From: Carcharhinus longimanus
Lineage: Eukaryota
Assembly (NCBI GenBank): GCA_030264375.1
Contig: JASCQW010000099.1
Coordinates: 45,237,972 to 45,301,971, forward strand
DNA length: 64,000 nucleotides
Direction of reading: 5' to 3'
Position numbers and translations under genes: made by a program. The notes beneath the pieces were generated by a model. That model made no database searches and was not told the DNA's origin. It saw nothing but the letters and a program-made list of their open reading frames with translations. Below are positions 23,461 to 37,084 of the stretch, piece after piece. Each line of letters starts with the position of its first letter. The first letter of the stretch is position 1.

Positions 23461-26400
23461 AATTTTACCACCTCTCTGTACCCAGCAATCAGCATGGCGA
23501 GTTAGGAAAATAGTGTGCAAAGCTAAAACTCCGACTCACACCTGGTACAAATCAGTTTGCAATCTTTTGGCCATTTTTGAATGGCTCAAACACCTTAAAG
23601 CCCAGAAAGAGCCTGAAGTCGATTGGCAAATTTAAGATTGTATTTAAATATTCATAGCCCATTCACATTCCAGCACATGGGACCTTCAGGCCTTAGGGCG
23701 CAGCGCCATAATGGTGGAGACTACTGGTCTCCACTACTACAGACCTGGCACGATGGTCACACTGGGGAGCTTGGGGGCCATTGAAGTCCCTTGGATGATC
23801 AAGTGCATGATCTGGCAGTGGTCATGCACAGGTGGTGCCCGCTGTGCACCTGCAGTGCCCACCACACATCCTGGCGGTGGCTACCAGGCACCCCAGCAGC
23901 GCAAAATGGGGAGCACTGTTGTGCCAGTTGGGCACCAATAATATGCTTGAAGCAGTGCTGGGGGGTACAGATGCCACACAGTCGGTCTCCCCTGGATTCT
24001 CCTCAAATCCCCCTCCCCCAGATGGCTATTACAGTGTGAGCCANNNNNNNNNNNNNNNNNNNNNNNNNNNNNNNNNNNNNNNNNNNNNNNNNNNNNNNNN
24101 NNNNNNNNNNNNNNNNNNNNNNNNNNNNNNNNNNNNNNNNNNNGGCTCTGTGAGAGGGGCCATGCAGGGATGGATCTTGGAGGGAGGGGGCTATGACGGG
24201 GAGGCACGCCAGGGCCATGATCGAGGGTATATCAGGGGCCCAACAGGGGCACCCATCAGGAGGGCCTTGATGCTCTAATGCAGGTGATCCCTGTGGGGTT
24301 GGGGGAGGAAGCATGCTGCCTATGAGGAAGAGACCTAATGTGTGTTGAGGGGGGTGGGCTGGAAGGGGGCCTCCCAATGCACCGTGAGATCAGGGCACCC
24401 TTGCGAAACAGCGCCCGAGCTCTCTGCAACTGGATCACCAGCGTGTTTCGGACCTGCTGCCGTCAGTATTGCTGCACACCACTACGTTGCAAAACAGTGA
24501 CAGAGCAACTCTCCAAAAAGAAACTCTGGCTATTCAAACATACATACAAGGTTAAAAACTGCTCCTACCAGGTCGTAGCTGCATATGTTGGCTTTCAGAC
24601 ACCAACTTCATTAAAATCACGCATGAGTGAAGGAAGCTGGTGACTTATATAGGTGACTCCTTCATGAACCATTGACGTGAAATTTAGAATCTCACTCCAT
24701 TCCTATCCTCTATTTCTTGGCTCCCCTTGTGAAAATGGTGGAGTCCGGATTTGGAGGGGGGGCTTGAATTCAGGCCCATATCATCAAATTTGAAGATAGA
24801 TCATTGCAATGAACTAAGTGATTAGTGAAATTGTTTTGCAATTCATTTGTGTGTGTTGTGCTATTTGTTCTTAATGTGAAGCCTGGAAGCATTTCATGTG
24901 GAATGGATCTATTGTCCATTGCTGATTTAGCATACAATGGTTGTGCCTGAAATGTAAACCTAATGTTCTGTTTAACACTTGCACTTTGATGTTTTGTACT
25001 ATGTAAATGAACTTATCCTCTTCACTACATGGTTGTTTTTCATTGTAACTATTTGGTCAATGATACCTGAGAGACAGTTCTGAGCTCAAATCTGATGCAT
25101 TAACATGTGATTTTTGGCTGACTGATCTGGGGGTAAAGGTATGTTATAATAGGAGCATTGATTGATTGAGCAAATGCATTTGGAGGAATTTAAGTCAAGT
25201 CCACAAAAGCCCAACAAAAGTGGTCAATGTTGTTATTGTACTAATTAGCACAACAGCATGAAACCTTGTGACAGAAAGTATACTCTTAAACCTCCAGTTA
25301 AATCACAGAATTAAAAAAAATGCTCTTTGCTGCAGAATGACCAATTTCAGTACAGCAAATAGTAAAGATGTAAATCAATTTGCATGATTCTGAGGGAGAT
25401 GAGGAAGTAAGCTAATTTGACAGAAAACCCAGCTGACGTATTAGCATACTTAGTCTGCAGGAGGAACAGGCACCAATGAAACAAGGTACAGCAGCTTGAC
25501 TTGTACTATAAACCGTGCAGAGTTATTCAGTCCTGAGAGGCAAATAACCATAATTAGGCTAGCACCAAACTGATCATTTATTTGTTCTTCCTCAGCCATA
25601 AAGACAAAGCAGTTTAATTTTCCATTTCACCATTCTGAGCTAGAAATAAGTAGTGCTGTTTTAAAAGCAGTGTATTCATGAATGCAGTATAGATCTTGTG
25701 ACAAATGGTTGAAAAATATGAACAAAATATGGTTTGCTCATGATCAGTTTTCACACCAAAGTACTCTTGATAATGAGAACAAGGCCAATCAATAATATAG
25801 CCAATAATATAGTTCATTCTCCAATTAATGAGATAACTTACAGAATTAGATTATGGGTTTGTGATTTTTCAAACCCACTGTTCATTCAGTCAATTGATTA
25901 CTAATCTCCTGTTTCATGTGTAATTTACACACACCTTGAAATGCTGCATAAATAGGACTGAAAGTTTTGGCTGTGAAATTAGACTCATTGGTAAACCAAA
26001 GTGGCTTGTTGATAAATTTTGTCAATACTTGATAATATTCTTCTGTTGTGCAATTTAATGAAAATATACCCAAACTTATGTTTCTTCAAAGTTGGAATCA
26101 GTAAATAATTTTCAATTTATGGACATACATAGAGTTAGAAGTTCATTATAGATGGTAGAGAGTGAGAAGCATGAGAATACCAGTTAATTTTATGGCAAAT
26201 ATATTGGGTGCTGTGCCTTTATGTATCCTGTTCCTATGATAGATGTAGCAATAATTTTGTTCAAAGTATAAAACAGAAGTTTATTCATTTGTACTTAGTT
26301 TTAAAAACAGAATATCACAGATACGGAAAGGTTTCAAAGATTTCAATTGCCAAATGTTACCCATTGTTTCACTGTCCTGCTGCAGCTAGTTGTCAATTTA

Positions 26401-27143
26401 AAAAAAAGATTCATGTTATGGTACTCATGAATCAGCCTTAGAATTTGGATAAATATTGAAATGGTAACTCCCCATACAAATAAAACAACTTTTGTATGAG
26501 ATGAATTCAATCTGCATAATTGGCGGGCATGCTATTTTTGTAAACAGACTAAACATTGCAAATTTCAGCAACAATTAGAATTTCAGTTGTGATGCTGATA
26601 TTTTGGGTGGAATATAGTCCAACAGTCAGGATCTTACTCATCATTGGAGTGCTGGCAGGAACCCCTGTCACCTTCTTTAGAGAAGGCGTGTCACATCAAA
26701 TGCTAGTCAAAGTTGCAGCAAATCTTTCCTAGGTTCAAGGACCCCAGGAATGGAAATCCAAAATGAGAACAGCAGCTCCTCATTACCATGGGTGCCATAG
26801 AGATGTATCTGCTGCAAAACACTCATTAGAGCTATGGGTGAGTTGAGGGTGAGATGGATGTCAAAGATGGAGGTCATTAGCTGGTGAGAAGGGGCAGACT
26901 AACACCCTCCTTCCCAGTGCTGCGTCCCTTGATCAGTATAGAGCACTTGACAACAAAGAAACCCCTGGGCATTGCTTTTCGAGTTGCCCACCTAGTGACG
27001 ACTTCATCCACTTTTTATTGAATAATGGTAGTCGTAGGAGGAGGCCCTTAAATGGGCATTAATTGTTCACTTAAAGGCCTTAATTGGCATCAGGGTGGTG
27101 TGGGGGGATCAGCATTTGCCCCATAGCTGTTGAATGTTTCGCA

Positions 27144-27450
27144 GGCAGTATGCATGCATATAGTCATGGTTAGCACTGCTCACAGTGCCAGGGACCCGAG
27201 TTCAATTCCTGACTTGGGTCGCTGTCTGTGCGGAGTCTGCATGTTTTCACCATGTCTGTGTGGGTTTCCTCTGAATGCTCAAGTTTCCTCTCACAGTCCG
27301 AAAGACATGCCTGTTAGGTGCATTGGCATGCTAAGTTGTCCCTCAGTGTAAACGAGCAGGCGCCAGAGGGAGGTGACTAGGGGATTTTCACAGTAACTTC
27401 ATTGCAGTGTTAACGTAAACCTACTTGTGACACTAATAAATAAAATTTAA
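27144..27450 (+). mobile_element. HE1-like V-SINE, tail type B
   Basis: tggttagcactgc...agttcaattcc B box; V-domain ctgtctgtgcggagtctgcatgttttc; tail cacagtaacttcattgcagtgttaacgtaaacctacttgtgacactaataaa. Confidence 0.9.
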
Positions 27451-27550
27451 ACTACTTCATGCCATCTGCTAATTTAAATAATTGTAATATCTGACCAGCA
27501 CTCAAAGCAGTGTTGAGTAGCTGTGCACCTGACCCATGCACCCGGACATT

Positions 27551-28206
27551 GGGCCCGATTTTATCGTTGCATACGGGTGCAAAAACTTGGTAAAGTTGGG
27601 TATGAAGCGATTATTGTGATCCGTGCCTGCATCCACGCAGATGCCCACTTTACCAAGGCCTGAAAATGGCCATGATACAAACTGTGCCCGAAAAGGGCAC
27701 AATGTCAATTTGAATGCATTTGCATGCATTNNNNNNNNNNNNNNNNNNNNNNNNNNNNNNNNNNNNNNNNNNNNNNNNNNNNNNNNNNNNNNNNNNNNNN
27801 NNNNNNNNNNNNNNNNNNNNNNNNNNNNNNCAGGGCAGGGAGAGCCGTGGCACTCTGCAGATGATCGTGGAGGGAAAACGGGGCAGAGGGGCACGATCGG
27901 TCTGGGTGGATAAGGTGGACAGTTATGTTGTGGGGGTGGGACAATGCCTGTGAGGGCCATCACTCCCGCTTTTTGCCATGTGACAGATGCGTTTTTCCAA
28001 TGTTTTTTCGCTGCACATGCGTTGTTCAAAGCTCCGATCGGAGCTGCAGCATTACAGGTGCAATTAGCCCCACCCACAACGCAATTCAGACTCACGATTT
28101 TTTTTAAGGCTATGTGCGTACGGGGGCACCGAAGAACAATTTTCCAAATTGGATCTGAATTGTGCCCAGATTCAGCACTTAGAATCAAAATGGTAAAATT
28201 GGGCCA
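27551..28206. mobile_element. Non-autonomous TIR element (gap inside)
   Basis: TIRs gggcccgattttatc ... ggtaaaattgggcc. Confidence 0.75.
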
Positions 28207-28207
28207 A

Positions 28208-28474
28208 CTGTCTCTTCCACTTTCTTCCGTTGGGAAAAGTCTGAGGTCACGTACCAACCGACTCAAGAACAGCTTCTTCCCTGCTGCCGTCAGACTTTTG
28301 AAAGGACTGATCTTGCATTAAGTTGATTTTTCTCTACACCCTAGCTATGGCTGTAACTCTACATTCTGCACTCTCTCATTTCCTTCTCTATGAACAGTAT
28401 GGTTTGTCTGTAGAGCACGCAAGAAACAAAGCTTTTCACTGTATGTTAATACATGTGATAATAAATCAAATCAA
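28208..28474 (+). mobile_element. Rex1/Babar LINE 3' end
   Basis: KSLRSRTNRLKNSFFPAAVRLL; 3' UTR ending aataaatcaaatcaa. Confidence 0.85.
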
Positions 28475-29039
28475 GAGGTAAAAATTGGGTTGCCAGTTGT
28501 GATAAAACAGATTCCTGGAGGTTTCATCACAACTTTTTTGAACCCCATCTGACTTTGTGGCCAAAAGGTTTATACATATGTTGTCAATCATTATAGCATT
28601 GCCCCCATGCTGCAGCCATTCGTCAGCCAACACAACCATTCTTGTGATGTACTACCTTCCTATGCTACTTGTAAAGCAAAAAAGATTAATTGCCCAATTG
28701 GATGATGCGTCATTGTCAGCAAAACAGCCTTTTTCTTCCCCATTTGAAATATTTATATAACTGGTGGAGAAATTTAAAGAAAATGGCAGTGATTTTTCTC
28801 CAGGATTGCACGTAGCTCTATCCTGGAGATTGATCATCAGTTCATGGAGGGTCCAGGCCAATCTTGGACATTTGGCAATACTACCTCCAAAATTGTCAGA
28901 GGCTCGCATGAGTTGAAGCTTGCCTGCACTATGCAAATTCACCCAGTTCCTCATAAGAAGTAATGCATTGTGGCTGATGCAAGTGCTGGAAGCCATTACT
29001 TAACTTATTCTGACCCGGGAAAGACATGATAATGGCACA

Positions 29040-30450
29040 AGATTGCAGACAGCAAGGGAGAGGGATATAATTTATCCAGAGGGCACCAGGAGAGTCATCC
29101 AACCCCTCTCCACTGCTTCCCTTCCCCCCCACCAAACATGCATACATACGCACATGTATGCACACACATGCATGGGCATATACTTGATAGAGTATAGAGT
29201 GCTGCAAAAGATTCACGCATGTTGTCAAGGACAGTGTATGTACCTTCAAATGTCATATCCCACCAATTGCACTCAGAGCCTCACACATATTGCTCAATGC
29301 ACCATGCCTCCATCATTCACCTATTATCGTGACTCAAACATTCACATTGCTTATATCCGTATCACCTCAACCATTTAGAACATATGTATGCCTCTTACCC
29401 ATATCTCACAGCTTGCACAGACTACCAATTAGTCTACCATGACAGTCACAGACCCCAATTACATTGTATCAAACACATCATCGTACTTCTTTCTCACTTG
29501 TAGGACAAGGTGGGGCATAACTAGCGGGAAAAAGCATCTACTTCATAAGAGACAGACAAGGCTGCACATTCTTTTCTGTTGGAGGAGACATGGGTCATAA
29601 TTGTTGGAATGATTATAGTTGAGGCTGTGGTCAGTGGTGGGACTGTGACATCCTCATACATAATCCTGTTACTCTCTTTCCATTGTCCCGACATAGAATC
29701 TTTCTGATTTCCAAACTGCAGATAGTGTAAGCATAGAACTCTAACCTACTCCTCATGTCAGCCCTATCCTTGCACCTTCTTGCTTTTAGATATCCAAGAA
29801 CTGAAACTTGGCCAGGCAGTAGGAAGAGGAAAATCTAGAGAAGTAGGAGACAGTGACACAGAAGGAAAATACAGTCTCTTGCTCTCATTACCAGCCACCC
29901 ATTCAAATGATGACTCTGCACATACTTTAGAGAAAAGCCAATGGGTGGAATCTGCATGTGATGAGACATGGGACATGAATGGCCCACAACTATTGCAGGA
30001 TGCAAGGGTAACACGAGTGCTGCTTGCCAGAGGAAAATCACACTCAAAGTGGTTGTGTTGAGGATACACTCAGATGAGGACTTCCATAGAGGAAGCAATG
30101 AAAACTAATGGATGTACAAAAATAAAAGTTTTTAGTGTATTGGCAGGCCAGAAAGCCTGTGTACAATACCAAGGAACGTGGACAAGACTGGCAGCAACTT
30201 AAGAAAGGCCTTTGAGCAGAGCTTGGAACTGACCTTTTCGGTGTGGGGGTGGTAGCCAATTCTATTAGCATACAGTCTGATGATTTGGCTGCTGCACGGA
30301 CGTCTGAAGTTATGCAAGGTCAGCTTTCTGTCACAAAAGCTCAGAATAATGCCACCATAGCTTGCAGATATCAGTGTTCGAAATGAGTTATCAAGGTATC
30401 ACAGTAGTCCAGCAATTTGTTTTTCAATAGATTACCAGAATTTTGCTGAA
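29040..30450 (+). pseudogene. Harbinger Myb/SANT-like accessory gene remnant with introns
   Basis: RERDIIYPEGTRR; acceptor at 29503 then DKVGHN*REK; acceptor at 29789 then an acidic/Ser-Thr-rich exon (DSDTEGKYSLLLSLPATHSNDDSAHTLE); multiple stops. Confidence 0.6.
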
Positions 30451-30536
30451 GCATTGACCTGGAAAAGTAGCAGTGAGTCTGAGCCTGTTGTCATCCCTCA
30501 TGTTGGATGCTTTTGTCCTTCCACTCATAGAAATCA

Positions 30537-30846
30537 AATCATAGAAACCCTACAGTGCAGAAAGAGGCCATTTGGCCCATCAAGTCTGCAGCGACAACAA
30601 TCCCAGCCCATACCCTATCCCCACAACACCACACATTTACCTCACTAATCCCTCTAACCTACATTCTGGGATACTAGGAGGCAATTTAGCATGACTAATC
30701 AACGTAACCCGCACATCTTTGGATCATGGGAGGAAACCCACACAGACAGGGGGAGAACGTGCAAACTCCACACAGATGGTGACCCAAGCCAGGAATCCCA
30801 AGAGCTGTGAGGCAGCAGTGCTAACCATTGTACCTCCGTGCTGCCC
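30537..30846 (-). mobile_element. HE1-like V-SINE, CR1-type tail (type A)
   Basis: rc: gggcagcacggaggtacaatggttagcactgctgcctcacag...gtgtggagtttgcacgttctccc...aatggcctctttctgcactgtagggtttctatgatt. Confidence 0.9.
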
Positions 30847-31779
30847 AGTGCCACTCACCCAGTGCCCTTTCTGCAGCCTCTCAGCCAGCATGACCAGATG
30901 GCATTCCAGGACCAGTGTTGCTCAAGGCCTTCTGCATTGCCCTCAGTGTAAGTCAGTAACCTTCTACCAGTCACAAGGCAGCTGCTGAGATAGCACTGCA
31001 TTGGAACACTAGACCAATCAAAGGCACATGGAAGGCAGGCATGAATGGAATGGAAAGGGTTGTGGGTTGACATTTAGATGAAATATTGGTTTGTTTGATT
31101 TGTGTATTTGACTTGGAATGTGTATTTCCTGAAGGTCTTAGTGGTCATAATGAGGGGATTGTATGGTTTTGGGCTGCTTGTAAATTGAAAATAGTATTTG
31201 TATTTATCAGTATTACAGTTGAATGAATTAATCACAGACTGGCCAGAAATGGGTTCTGTATGGATTTTCAGAACTGCATGTTGTTACAATATTATTTGGG
31301 CGATGAAGGTAAAGCCAAGTGTGGAGAATAATACCTCAAAACCTTCCAGCTTGCAGGCAGCATTGGAAGGAATTAATGGGGAGTAAGTTTAAGTATGGGA
31401 AGTGTGCCTGATAACATGATACTAATGAGGGTGCACATCACTCTTTACCCTAAGATGATGGTGAGCCTCTAGTAAAAATGTTGAATATTGTTGTTGAAAA
31501 TCCAAACCATTCACTCATCTGCTACTCAAGTCCTAGACAATATTGTTAACTCCAGCTGCCCTTTGAAATGACTTGGCAAACTATACTGATGTCGAAAAAA
31601 ACGACTCTTCCAGAAGGTCCACCATCTTCAGAAGACTTATTACTTAAAAGCCCACTCTATTCTTCCTTCCATTCACTCCTTTATAACCATAGCACCAAAT
31701 ACTATCTATCCATTTTGCTCCTGCTATCCCAGTCTGAAATGCAGCCTTTCCTTCCCTCTACACTTTCTATTTCTCTGAT

Positions 31780-32330
31780 GGTCTCCCTGCATCTAGTCAT
31801 TGTCCTCCTACCCAGCACATGCAGTGAGCAATTGCAAAAAGATATCATGATTCACGCCTTCATTGAGTCAGCCAATTTCTATCTTTGTAACCTTACCCAT
31901 CTCTGCACTTGCTTGAGATCTTTTGCAGCTGAAACCCGTGCCTTTATTATCTCTGGCTTCAATTATTCCAATGCACTTCTGGCTAGCCTCCCACCCTCCA
32001 TAAATTGAATGAATCCAAAGTTTGCTTCTGTTGTCCTAAGTTGTATCAAGTCCCACTCAGTCATTTACATTTGCTTGCTGATCTACAGTGGTTCCCAGTT
32101 AAACAACACCTTAATATTAAAACGTTAATCCTTCCACCAAATCCCAAAATGGTCTTGGTACCTCCCCATCTCTGTAAACTCCACCAGCCCAATAACTACA
32201 ACAACAACCATCTCCAGTATACCAGTCTCCTGCTCCTCCCCCTCCCCACCCCTGCCTCCGGCTTCAGATCTCTTCTGGTCAGTTAAACATTTCCGATTTT
32301 AATCACTTCACCATTGAAGCCATGATTTTA
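31780..32330 (+). mobile_element. L2 LINE 3' fragment
   Basis: AAETRAFIISGFNYSNALLASLP and LADLQWFPVKQHLNIK (cf. SRLDYCNALLAGLP...LxxLHWLPV). Confidence 0.82.
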
Positions 32331-32479
32331 TCAGTCCAGGCAAAGTGTGACATAAATAGAGTTTATTTTTGTTAGTTCAAGCACCATAAATGTTAAAGAA
32401 CTTGAAATCACTTTTATCAATACTATTTATTTTCTCCCTGAAGACTCCACTCCAAACATTCTTATAGCAGGAACTCAAG

Positions 32480-32965
32480 ATCAACAGCATTTTGTATTTT
32501 ACATTGCACCTTTAATACACCAAAATATTCCAAGGTGCTTTGCAGGACCATTAACAAACAGAATTTAACACCAAGCTACATAAAGACATTATTGGGGCAC
32601 ATGATCAAAAGCTTGGTTAAAGTGTTCAATTTTTAAAGAGTCCCTTATATGAGGAAAGAGGGACAGAGAGATGGAAATGTTTTGGGAGGAAATTTCAGAG
32701 CCTTCAGTGTTGAAGTTGAAGGCATAGCTGTGACTGGTGAAGTGATTAAAATGAAGAATGCTTAAGAAACCAGAACTCTCAGGGTTTAGGATTCAAGGAA
32801 GCTGTAGAATGGAAATTTGAAAATAAAGATAAGAACTTTGGAATTGATGTTGTGTTTAAGTGAGAGCCAGTCTAGGTTAGCGAGCCTGATGGTGCTGGAT
32901 GAATGGTATTGGATGTGAATTAAGACATGGCAGCAGAGTTTTGGATGACTTCAAGTTTATATAGC
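32480..32965 (-). mobile_element. L2 LINE 3' end
   Basis: rc ends aaagcaccttgg...aaaggtgcaatgtaaaatacaaaatgctgttg; upstream cttgaagtcatccaaaactctgctgcc. Confidence 0.7.
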
Positions 32966-34036
32966 TGGTATTGTTCAAAAAGTGGTTGTGTCTTCCTTAG
33001 CTTCGACTCTCCTGTCCTCAACACAAGACCTCAGAAACCCACCACATTGCTCCCTTCTCACCCAGCATGAATTGAAAAGTCAGTGGAGAACGGCATGCCT
33101 ACATTTCTGTGTAACTGGGAGCTGGATAGCAATGTGACTGTGGTTGAGATGGCCCATAATTGTGCAACCTCAATGAAAAAGTACTGCTAGCATTCTCAAA
33201 CAAATTTTAAATAACATAATTGTACTATGGTTTATAAACAATCAGTAGACTTGCCAATGTATTGAATGCTATTACATAAAACAATTGATAAACCAAATCA
33301 CCATTAATGACTTTGTACTGCCAGTACCATTGTTAAAAAGTTACCAGTGGAATCATTATTTGGCATAGAGACAACCTTATGTAACACATTGATTACTACT
33401 TTTTAATGCAATTCGAAAGAAATTGGGGGAAAAAAACTCACCAAAGATGAAGTGAAAATTAATCTACGCAGTGAAATGCATGACATTTTTTGCATTATTT
33501 TGCAAGACCTTATTATCAGTCATATATAATTTGTCATGTCTTTTCTGGCACTCCACACACAATTAAGCTAAATTACAGCAGGATTTTCCAATGAGGGGAC
33601 AATCCACTCCGCCACATTACTGACCTTACAATGAAGGCAAAAATTCACCCAATGTTTGTAAACCTAGCATGGTTCTTATAAATTCATTAGTTGTTGTCTC
33701 ATCAGCTTGTCAGTCAGTGGACCGAACTAAATTAAAATCTAATAGAAATCTTCAACTTGACTAGGATAATGAAAATAACTGAAGTGGTAAGGGTGAATGT
33801 GTTTTCAGTTCCTCGAAAGGAAAGTTCCTGAAAGCTCAGAAATGCTAAGAGATGGCAAAATTTTTCATTCCTATGTGGGCTGCTTTGCAGTGTAGTAAGT
33901 CAGCAGGAGACTGCAGTAGCAAGCTGCCATTGAATACAAGGAGCAGGTAGCCAATTCAATCATGTCAACTTTCCACTGAATGATTAGGTTAAATTGTCTT
34001 TATCCTATTTCTAGACTATGCAAGTCTGTCGCTTAC

Positions 34037-35115
34037 TTTTTATTCATTCATGGGAGATGGGCACCGCTGGCTGGCCAGCATTTATTGCCCATCCCTCGTT
34101 GCCCCTGAGAAGGTGGTGGTGAGCTACCTTCTTGAAACACTGCGGTACTTGTGCTTTAGGTTGACCCACAATGCCTTTAGGGAGGGAATTCCTGGATTTT
34201 GACCCAGCAACTGAGAGGGGACAGTGATATATTTCTGAATCATGATGGTGAGTTGTTTGGAGAGGAATTTGCAGGTAGTGGTGTTCCCATGTATCTGTTG
34301 TCCTTATCCTTCAAAATGGAAGTGGTTGTGGGTTTGGAAGGTGCTGTTTAAGGATCTTTGATGAATTTCTGCAGTGCATCTTGTAGAAAGCACACATTAC
34401 TGCTACTGAGCGTGGGTGGTGGAGGGAGTTGGATGTTTGTGGATGTGGTGCCAATCAAGCAGACTGTTTTGTTCTGTATGGTGTCTTGAGTATTGTTGGA
34501 TCTGCACACATTCAGGCAGGTGGGGAGTATTCCATTACACTCCTGATTTGTGCCTTGTAGATGGTAAACAGGCATAGAGGAGTCAGGAGGTGAGTTACTC
34601 GCTGCAGTATTCTAAAATTCGGACCTGCTCTTGTAGCCACTGTGTTTATGCGGTGAGTCCAGTTGAATTTCTAGTGAATGGTAACCCCAAGGAAGATGAA
34701 GTAGGGGTTTATGTGCTGATAACACCATTGAAAGTCAATGCACCATGGTTAGATTCTCTTTTATTGGTGATGATCATTGCCTGGCATTTGTGTGGCACGA
34801 ATATTACTTGCCACTTATCAGCTCAGGCCTGGATATTGTCCAGATCCTGTTGCATTTGAACTGCTTGTGGACTGCTTCAGTGTCTGAGGGGTTGCAAATA
34901 CTGCTGAACATTGTACAATCATTGACAAACATCTCCACTTCTGACCTTATGATGGAGAGAAGATTGAATGCTGCCTTGATGTCAAGGCTCTCATTCTCGC
35001 CTCACTTCTCAATTCAGCTCTTTTGTCCATGTTTGAACCAAGGCTGTAATAAAGTCAGGAGCTGAGTTACCCTGGTGACACCCAAACTGGGTGTTGCTGA
35101 GCAGATTATTGCTTG
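34037..35115 (-). mobile_element. CR1/L2-group LINE, 3' ~1.1 kb with internal deletion
   Basis: rc: SIIRSEVEMFVNDCTMF (FADD motif), IYKAQIRSVMEYSP, tail gggatgggcaataaatgctggcc...cccatgaatgaataaaaa. Confidence 0.88.
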
Positions 35116-36587
35116 TAACCTTGTGACACTCTACTGACTGACTTGCATCAGTTTAGATTGCCAAAATATAATAGCAGTTTGTTTTTGCATTATTGGATAC
35201 TTTTGTCCTTTTAAACAATTCAAAAGAGATCCCCAAATTTTCCAGAGAATAAAATAAATGGGCCAATCATTTGAAGAAAATATAGCAAATTAGTCATTGT
35301 GAGGTAGACACTTTTCTTTGCTTGATCTACATCACTGCATTGTTACGAGACAATGTTCAATGTGAAACACGTCCAAAAGCCCATCAATGACTAAGTACTA
35401 TCCTTTAAATATGACATTAACATGCACCTTTATAGAGGATATTCTTTGTTTTATCTGAAGTGGAACAGTTTGTGTAGGATTAATTATTTCTGATGCTCTG
35501 ACACAAGTGTCTTATTTGGCTTAGTGTTTGATATGCTCATTATTTTCTTCTGTCTGAGGATTACACTGGAAATTATTTGCTGAGAATGATATCATAATGG
35601 TTGCAGTGTCTAGTTTTCCCAAAGAATGAAGCCTTTTTCATAATAGTGCAGTTGTAACAAGGTGCACTCTGAAAAAAATATTTTTTTCAAATAATAACTA
35701 CAATCATATTTTCAGTGGAAATATATTTTTTTACATCGCTTGACATTTATGCGCACAATAGGATGGATTAATCATGTACTGAATAGTGTTTTCAGGGTCT
35801 CCACACCATTGAACAGAAGGTAGCAGTGAATGACAGCTAAAGGACAGGATTTAGAAATAGAACAAAGATATGTGGTTAAGTCATTTTGCAGGTGGATAAT
35901 AGCTGCTGGGCAGGGGCTGCCTATACAATAGACTGAAATATGTCATTGCTTTGAACATTGTTACTAACAATTCAACCTCTTCAAAGCAACACTGACAGTA
36001 TTGTACTTGTAATAGGAAAGTATAAGGCTTTCATATCTTTAATAGCAGTTAAAGCTTTTTTCCCCAAAGCACTTGTTGTGATTGTTCTGTTTGAACTAAC
36101 ATTGGAAATTCACAACATACAATTACCAGCACCCAAGCTGTTTTCTAACTAATCATAATGTGATGGAAAGTCAAATCATTCTTCATCAATTTAAGGTTCT
36201 GGGTAGATTTCAAAACAGAATATTTGAATAGATAGATAGCAAATTGAAGTTAGACAAGGTAAGCCAACTTAAGTGCAAAAATGTCTTTGTATTGAACCTT
36301 GTGATTGTCTCTGGATTTTTATCATTAAATCAAAATTATCACTACCATTTCATATTAAAGCAGAACAATTATTTTAAAGATATCAGTTTCTATCTATTAA
36401 TATATTATTTAAACTCTCATGTGCAGAAATTTGTTTGTATAATACGGTTTCTAGCAACAGACTGAAGTCCCACAGGCAATTTCCATTGATATAATTGGAG
36501 AATGCCACATGGGCCATGAAAGTAACAAACCTTGGTACTGTCTGGCCACAGGGAATCATTGGTCCATAATTTCCTGGTTCCTCAGCA

Positions 36588-36673
36588 TTAGGGGTTTAGC
36601 AAGGTAAATATGTGGAGTTGTGGGAATAGGGCCTGGGTGGGATTGTTGTCAGTGCAGACTCGAAGGGCCAAAT
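36588..36673 (+). mobile_element. HE1-like SINE 3' fragment
   Basis: gtaaatatgtggagttgtgggaatagggcctgggtgggattgttgtcagtgcagactcgaagggccaaat; matches the reverse complement of 30570-30640. Confidence 0.75.
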
Positions 36674-37084
36674 CTCATCAAATTTCACACACACACGGAC
36701 AGGCAGGTTTGTTTTCTTTTTGAAAGGGCTGGCCATTTAAATAACCTGACAGCTTGAAAGTTCTTCAGACCTTATCCACCTTCCTTTACCCCCAATATGT
36801 AACTCACAAATTGCTGGGTAAATTCCTTTCTATAGCGAAAATGGGTCTGTTCAAACTTAGCACTGGCTCTGCTGAATTCAGCNNNNNNNNNNNNNNNNNN
36901 NNNNNNNNNNNNNNNNNNNNNNNNNNNNNNNNNNNNNNNNNNNNNNNNNNNNNNNNNNNNNNNNNNNNNNNNNNNNNNNNNNAAATTGCTGGGTAAATTC
37001 CTTTCTATAGCGAAAATGGGTCTGTTCAAACTTAGCACTGGCTCTGCTGAATTCAGCCTTCCCTCAAGTGTGAGCCACATCCAG

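Noticed and set aside
36808-37057. Exact 75-bp direct repeat (36808-36882 and 36983-37057)
   Set aside because: Identical copies sit on either side of a 100-N gap, which is typical of unmerged overlapping contig ends
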